Shown here: piece after piece, positions 57,833-64,000 of the stretch | Numbering within the stretch: the stretch's first letter is position 1 | Layout of the letters: each line of letters starts with the position of its first letter | Assembly (NCBI GenBank): GCA_051294375.1 | Contig: JBJCIZ010000744.1 | Span: forward strand, 1,168,262 to 1,232,261 | Source of the DNA: Paraspadella gotoi | Taxonomy: Eukaryota > Animalia > Chaetognatha | Length of the DNA: 64,000 nt | Reading direction: 5' to 3' | Translations under genes and position numbers: made by a program | Notes under the pieces: generated by a model | What the model was told of the DNA's origin: nothing | Seen by the model: the letters and a program-made list of their open reading frames with translations, nothing else | Databases searched by the model: none

Positions 57833-59663
57833 TTAATGTGTGTTTTTTTTTGTGTGTTTTCTTTTTTAATTTAAAAGAAAAAAAAGGAAATTATGAAAAT
57901 TCCAAATTTTAAAAATAAACCATCAACCCTTAGAGAAAGAGAAGCCGGAAGAAAGAGAGAAAAAAAGAAGGAAAAGGTTTTACTTCTAATGTTAAAACAC
58001 TTCAATGTTAAAACAAGAACGGTGATTCCAATGCGTTGCGCCGCAGTGACTTTATTTTCACGTGTATTTCCCTTTGATCACATATGACATGACATAAGAA
58101 AATTTTTGCCCGTGTATTTACGACATTCACTTTTACTTTCGCCGACCGGGGTTAGGGAGGGGGTTAGGATTAAGAGTGGTTTAAGTAGGGCCAAACTTTG
58201 TCAATGGGGTGGGTCAGAAGTTTGAATTGGGAACCTTCCCAAATGAAACTTCATACATTACTGAAAAAACTTTCAATGGACCAAATTTTTTTTAAATGGC
58301 TAGAAGCATTAGTAATTAATTTTTTAATATTTACTTATAGATAAGAAATATCAACAAAGATTTTTGGAATTTTGTATTTTTAAAAGCAGATTCAGATAAC
58401 TTATGAAAAGTTGTCTTTTTTTTAATATTTTGATGATAAGTGGGTCAAAATTAGGAAAACTTAAAAAAATTATCCTTATCATCCGATAATTTTAACAGTT
58501 TTTGCTATTTTTTAATAAAAAAAACATTAAAATTTTAAAAAGTTGTAATTATATTTTTTGATTAACTTTTTGAGCTTTAATATAGTAATATAATAATTTT
58601 AATTAACTAATTACTCATGGTTGGAAACATTTTTGCAAAAAAAATATTTTAACACTAATTAATAATGGATTCATTTACTGCTGTTCCCATTAAAATTTAA
58701 ATTTGGTTGGCTACCTCTAGTTTAGGGATAGGGGTGGTTAGGGTTAAAAGGGTTTAGGGTTAAGGTAATAAGATAATATTTTTTTTATTTTTTTTTTAAA
58801 AATAAATAATTTTAAATAGTTTTTGAAAAGCTGGAAAAAACCACGGTCGGTGAAAATCAAATTTAGCCATTCTGGCTTTTATTCTTTATAGTTTTAGGAA
58901 TTCCTGAAGGCGGCGCTCGCAGTCCTTTAGATTTGAGTTTTTTTCTGTCTTAACAAATGAGCAACCAACTATAAGCAAATTATACACATTTTTAACGTAA
59001 GTGGGACAGACCGACAGACATACCGACCGACCGACTTACAGAGTTGCTCCGCGAGTACTCGCGAAAAAAATGAAATGAAAGATAATAATCAAAAAGTCGA
59101 ATTGGATTTTAAAAACTCGAATTCTAAAATCTAAATAAAGGCTATTATAATTATATAAACTAATTATAAAAAATAATTAATAAATTTTCCGTCTCTAACA
59201 GCAAGGATTTAATTAACACTTGATAATACAACGCATAATAGATGGCATACAACAATAAAATTTATTTGGCACTTGTTAAGACACAAGTAACCTAACTTAT
59301 CACAACGTAGCCACAAAAAATGTGATCTAAATATGACTAGGCGATCGATTGGTGCAAGAAAATAAAAAAAAAATCACAAATCATTAACCACAATTTTTTT
59401 GTAGTAGTAGTTCATTCGTGTAACGAGTGCAGTCATGAGCCAAAAAACAAAACCAGAATTAAATTGTCATAAAAAGATTAAAATAACGGCGTTTGAACCG
59501 ATGCAACAAAAAATCCACTTTTTTTTCATCGAGCTTCTACTCTTCCATCGATGACGGAGTGTCGCTCTCCAACTTCTACCAAACTGATCGTTCGTTCCGC
59601 TTCGCCATAAATCCTTTTTTCAACATGCCATTTCTCCATCCGCGCCACAAACCACAAAAGCCT

Positions 59664-62600
59664 CTACTTAGCCTCACCTTCCCCAGCTCGCCTCTCCCCA
59701 TCCGCCCGCTCACTCCCATCGAACAGCCTCAACAACCCTAAGTCCTTCCACTCCTCCATAGAGGATGGCGGAGTGTCGCTCTCCGACTTCTCCCCCCCAA
59801 TCGATCGTTCGCTCCTTCTCGTATTTTTCGATCTCTTTTTCGAGTGACTGTCCCTCGGCTTCTCCGTCCGCGCGCTGGGATTCAAGACGTTTCTCACCGT
59901 AAAGCATAGTTTGCCGTTGGAGATCTGATTCGCGTTCCTGTATTCCATCTTTCGCGAGGAAATTTTAAACTCTTTGGCCAGAGAGATGGCTTGTATGGCG
60001 TACTTTCTGGCCTTCTCTTCGTCTCCTTTCGAATGGAGCACTACCCCTTTGCACTGAAGGAAGACGGCTAAGGCGCAAAAGACGTCAAACTGCAGAGGGC
60101 ACTTGGGACAGTAGAGAACGAGGTTACGCGCCTCCTTGTGCAGCTCCTCAATCTGGGCCAGCTTGTCCTTGTCCCGAGCGTAGAGGCACAGCATGCACGA
60201 GGCCATGTTCTTTAACAACCTCGCAGTACACTGCTCCTGTCCAACCTTCAGTTTCTCCATCATGGCATGGGCGTTGGTGTAGTGAAGCTCGGCTATTTGG
60301 TAGTGTTGCCGCTTGAGCATCACGTCAGCCAGGCTCTTTTCCGCATCCATGGTAACCGGGTGAACGCCCCATGAACTTTTTGCAAATGACAAAAGGTTCT
60401 TCAAGCACTCCTGCCCTCGAATGACCTCTTCCTTGTGGACGCTCTTTGTCAATTGAATAGCCAGACTCATTTCCACATAATGAGAAAGAATATTCTCCGA
60501 CTTTTCCCTCGTTGACTCCGAGGTTCCTTTTTCTCCTCTCGCCAGCTTTCTCTTCTTCTTGATGACATGAAAAAGATCCCGCGCGGCCTTAAACTCGTCA
60601 GTCGCATCGGATTGCATATCCCGCTTCACGTTGTTCATCCTGGCCAAGTAGAAGCCGTGAGTGTAGTGAAAATAAGCCTCGGCCATAAGTGATTTCCAGG
60701 TCTGATCTGGGTCGTTGAGGAGCGTCTTGCTGTGGGCGATCCAACTCGACACCGCCTCTGAGTTAAAGAAGTCGGACGAGTGGATCTTGTAAGAATCGAC
60801 AATGACCTGAAGAATTCGCCCATCGGGGCCATCTTTTGTTATTTCCGAAAACAAACTGGAAATTGTGTCGAGAAAGTTAATGAGAAGATCAAAATAGCGG
60901 TGACTCACGCTGTGGTTAAGAAAGTTGACGACAAGATTCAGGTTTGTGGCAAGGTCAAGCGAGGCAAGAGCTTCCTTAATATCAGCCTGAGTAACACCAT
61001 ATTCGTTCTCATCAATGAGACACTCGCAGACGAGTTTGAGCGCAAACTCGTAGAGTTCAAGATCGGAGAGAAACCTCTTACGGCAAAGGACAAAGGCATC
61101 CTGATCGAAAGAGTTGATGGATACTTGAATCAATTCTTTTAACATGATGTTGACGAAATCAACGTAGTGCGTCGGCATTTCCGGCGCGTAGGTCGTTCGA
61201 CAATAACTGCGGATGAAAGGGTGGATGGTGTATTTGTGGCTATTGTCTTGGGCTTTAAACTCGTTGATAAGAGATTTCTTGCTCATCTTTCCCAAGAGGC
61301 GGAAGCATCTCCGGCCGAACATTTTCACGGCGAGTTCGAGCGAGAAGGGACCCGCGAAGACGGCGAGCATCTGCATGAAGGAGATCTCTTCGGGCGAGAG
61401 AGTGCGGAAGGATGTGCTGATGATCCCAGGGAGGGCGTTCTCTCCGACTTCCTTGAAGAAGCCGAACATGTCCCGGCAAAATTCGGCGACAATCTCGGGC
61501 CTGGTAACAACGTTTTATATTTGAATTGAAATGTTCCGGTTGAGAAATAGGAAATTGTGGACGCAGCAAGTAATAAATAATAAAAAAATAATAATAATAA
61601 ACAATAATAATAATAGAAAATACAGAGGGCTTCATATTATAAATTTTTTGTGACCAGAATCTGTTCCCACCAAACTACCCGAGCGAATTTTATAAAGTTA
61701 TACATTTAAACTATAGAGTCCTTATGACCATATACACTGCGGCGCAAAAAAACCCCCCCCAAAAAAAACACGTCTTTCACACCGAAAAAACTATATTGGA
61801 TGGATGAATTTCACTAAAATATAAATTAATTTTAATCAAGAAGAGTCTTTAACTTTTCCTTATTATAATATATTTATAATATGAAATTAGCTTGAACAAA
61901 TTCAGTATTAAATATCTGTAAGGATAGGTGTCAACCATTTTTAACCTAAATCAAATTAAAATAAGTAAGGAAACTATATAGAAAAACAATCTTTTAAAAT
62001 AAAAGAAAAAAGCAGTCAAGTGATAACTTACCCATTGTTAATTTCAAAGCTTTTTTACATCAAAGTTTTTTCCTTATGGCATCTCGTGTTAAAGCAGACT
62101 TAATATAAACTAACAATTATATTAAAATTATTTTTTTTTATTTTTATCATAAATTATATTTTTATTTTGAGATAATTTTTTAAAAAATGATTGTTTTCAA
62201 TATTTATTTTTAAAATGCCATATTTGGCAGCAATTAGTTTTGCTATGTTCTACTGTCTGAACTAATTCAAATTTTTCTTGCACCAATCACCAACTAAAAA
62301 ACTACCTAGCGTCTTTTTTATTTTTTGCGCTGTAGTGTAAATGGAACTATTGAAATGAATTTTGATATTCAACCCCAGAGAAGAGAGACAGTTTTCTCGT
62401 AACGTGTTCTTGTCACAAAAAACCAGTACTGTGGCGAATCCTAAATTCGTCTCCCGTATAGCTTGGTGAAGCTCAGCTCGTCCCATTGGCTTGGACAGCT
62501 AAACACGCCAGTGACATGGGGTGGTCACTGCAGGTCCAAAGCCCTGAGCGCCAGCTGTCGGGAGATGCCTCACACCCCAGGCATCACACATGTCCCCCCC

Positions 62601-64000
62601 GTTGCCATAGTACCTCATTTTATAATATGAAGCTTTCTGTTTAAACCTTATGCTGAACATATAAATTTCATAAATCTACGTGGTATTTTGCAATTGCATA
62701 TCAATGCGTTTTAAACGGCCTTTGAGCATTTATAAATTACAACGGTATATACGAAATATTTCCCCCCAACCTGTCGAAATTTTCATTGAGAAAGGAGGCG
62801 CAAAGCTTTAATCCCAACGCGTTCCCGTGGCACTCCTTCAAAATGGCATCCACGTGCTCGTCTTTGGTCGCGTCCAAGACTCCATCGTCGACGAACGTCC
62901 CCAAGAATCTCCTCGACTCTGCAGAATTGAGGACGTTGAGGACGAAGGCGTTGGGTTTGGCCGAGCGGACGTTGACCTCGACGAAGTGAGTGATCGTCGC
63001 GTCCCTCGTCGTCAAGAGGACAAAGACATTTCGCGCGGGTCCACTCGTCATTCTGCCCAGCACGTCGCAGAAGGCGATCTTGCAGTTCTCCTCGAAGAGC
63101 GTCTCCACGTTGTCGAAGACGAAGAGGATCCGGTGGGCGGGGTCGAGACTGCGGCAGAATCGCTGCAGCGCGTGGGCGGGATCCTCGCAGTTGAAGTTCT
63201 CCAGATCTCTGAGGACGGCGTTGGCGATACGACGGAGGGATTTGTCGCGGGTCCCACCCGGAACGTAGTCGGTGAAAGAGTTGAAGTAGACGGCGGAGAC
63301 CAAGCCGTTTTTCATGGCCTGAGTAGGAGGGTAACTTGTATTTTTTTGGTCCTTCAAGTTAATTTGCATATTGTAGTGTTTTATCAAGTATTGATATACT
63401 TTATTTGAAGGTTAAGTTCCTAAGTGTGTAAGTCATAAGTCAACAACTAATTATTTCATACATAAATACTTTGGTTATTCATCAGAATAACCCCATTTTT
63501 ATACGTATACATTATAATTAATTAAACTGATCAATTACCAATTTGTAACTAAAGTCTAAGAAATTAAAACACCAGTCCCTTTCCATTACCTCCAAGCCCA
63601 CGTGTTTGGCGAAGGTGGTCTTCCCGTGTCCGGGCCCCCCGGAGACGACGAATATCTGTTTGGCGTGCGAATGAATGTCGCGCAGCACCGACGGCGTCTT
63701 GTCTTCGTCCCGCGGAATGAAATCTTCGCAGTAGGGGATGTTGGAAGGAGGAAAGCGATCGGCGCGAAGGGTGAGCGAAGAGAACTCACCCTCTTGACTC
63801 GATTTCGACGAAGATCCGTCGGTAAAGTTGAAAATGACTTGCTCGGTGTTGATGAGAGTCCCGGCCGATTGAGGGTTGGAGGACGAAGGGGAGCAATGGT
63901 GGACGATCCGCTGCTGAGGAGAGAGAGATTCGGCGGTGAAATATACCGAGTCGACGCGAGGCTGAGGATCGATGGGAATTCGCAAAGGTTCTCCTCTTTC
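59664..64000 (-). CDS. STAND-class (NB-ARC-like) NTPase with winged helix and C-terminal TPRs; 5' end outside the window
   Basis: Walker A VVSGGPGHGKTT (~63590-63660); Walker B ILFVFDNVE, sensor-1 VLLTTR and GLPL-like CHGNALGLKL (~62771-63320); IISTSFRTL..LAVFAGPF, KSLI, IHPFIRSY; TPR-like VHPVTMDAEKSLADV..AELHYTNA in the 601 aa ORF. Confidence 0.8.
61735..62337. mobile_element. Tc1/mariner-type MITE with TA target duplication, in an intron of the STAND gene
   Basis: ta|cactgcggcgcaaaaaa ... ttttttgcgctgtagtg|ta: 17-bp TIR with 2 mismatches and TA on both sides; no transposase ORF. Confidence 0.7.

Noticed and set aside
62440-62612. GC-richer intronic island with patchy similarity to 24185-24280 (possible SINE tail or ncRNA)
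   Set aside because: Only short shared words (gtcactg, ccaaagcc, gagatgcc, gttgccata); not enough to call by eye.

Overview
Gene-dense eukaryotic (most likely invertebrate metazoan) genomic DNA with GT-AG introns, AT-rich and low-complexity intron sequence, and GC-richer exons. Many single-base indels suggest an unpolished long-read assembly. All 11 recognisable genes lie on the minus strand, in this left-to-right order: myotubularin (MTMR2-like), OBI1/RNF219, HIKESHI, glutamine synthetase, TRMT1, an ABCC4-like exporter, two tandem single-exon 2'-5'-oligoadenylate-synthase (OAS)/CD-NTase-like nucleotidyltransferases, NDUFS3, PSMA7, and a STAND (NB-ARC-like) NTPase-TPR gene running off the right end. 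Two 25-N gaps (7598-7622, 52951-52975) are each flanked by near-identical ~2.9 kb and ~8.9 kb overlaps that are probably assembly artefacts. The best candidate for an undescribed system is the OAS-like pair. Both proteins share an uncharacterised C-terminal domain and one has an acidic tandem-repeat tail; they sit next to an ABCC exporter and near an NLR-like gene. Also seen are several non-autonomous mobile elements, a ~1.5 kb inverted repeat pair with a conserved palindrome, and recurrent tandem duplications of exon ends and splice donors. Coordinates of intron-containing genes were read by eye and are approximate.
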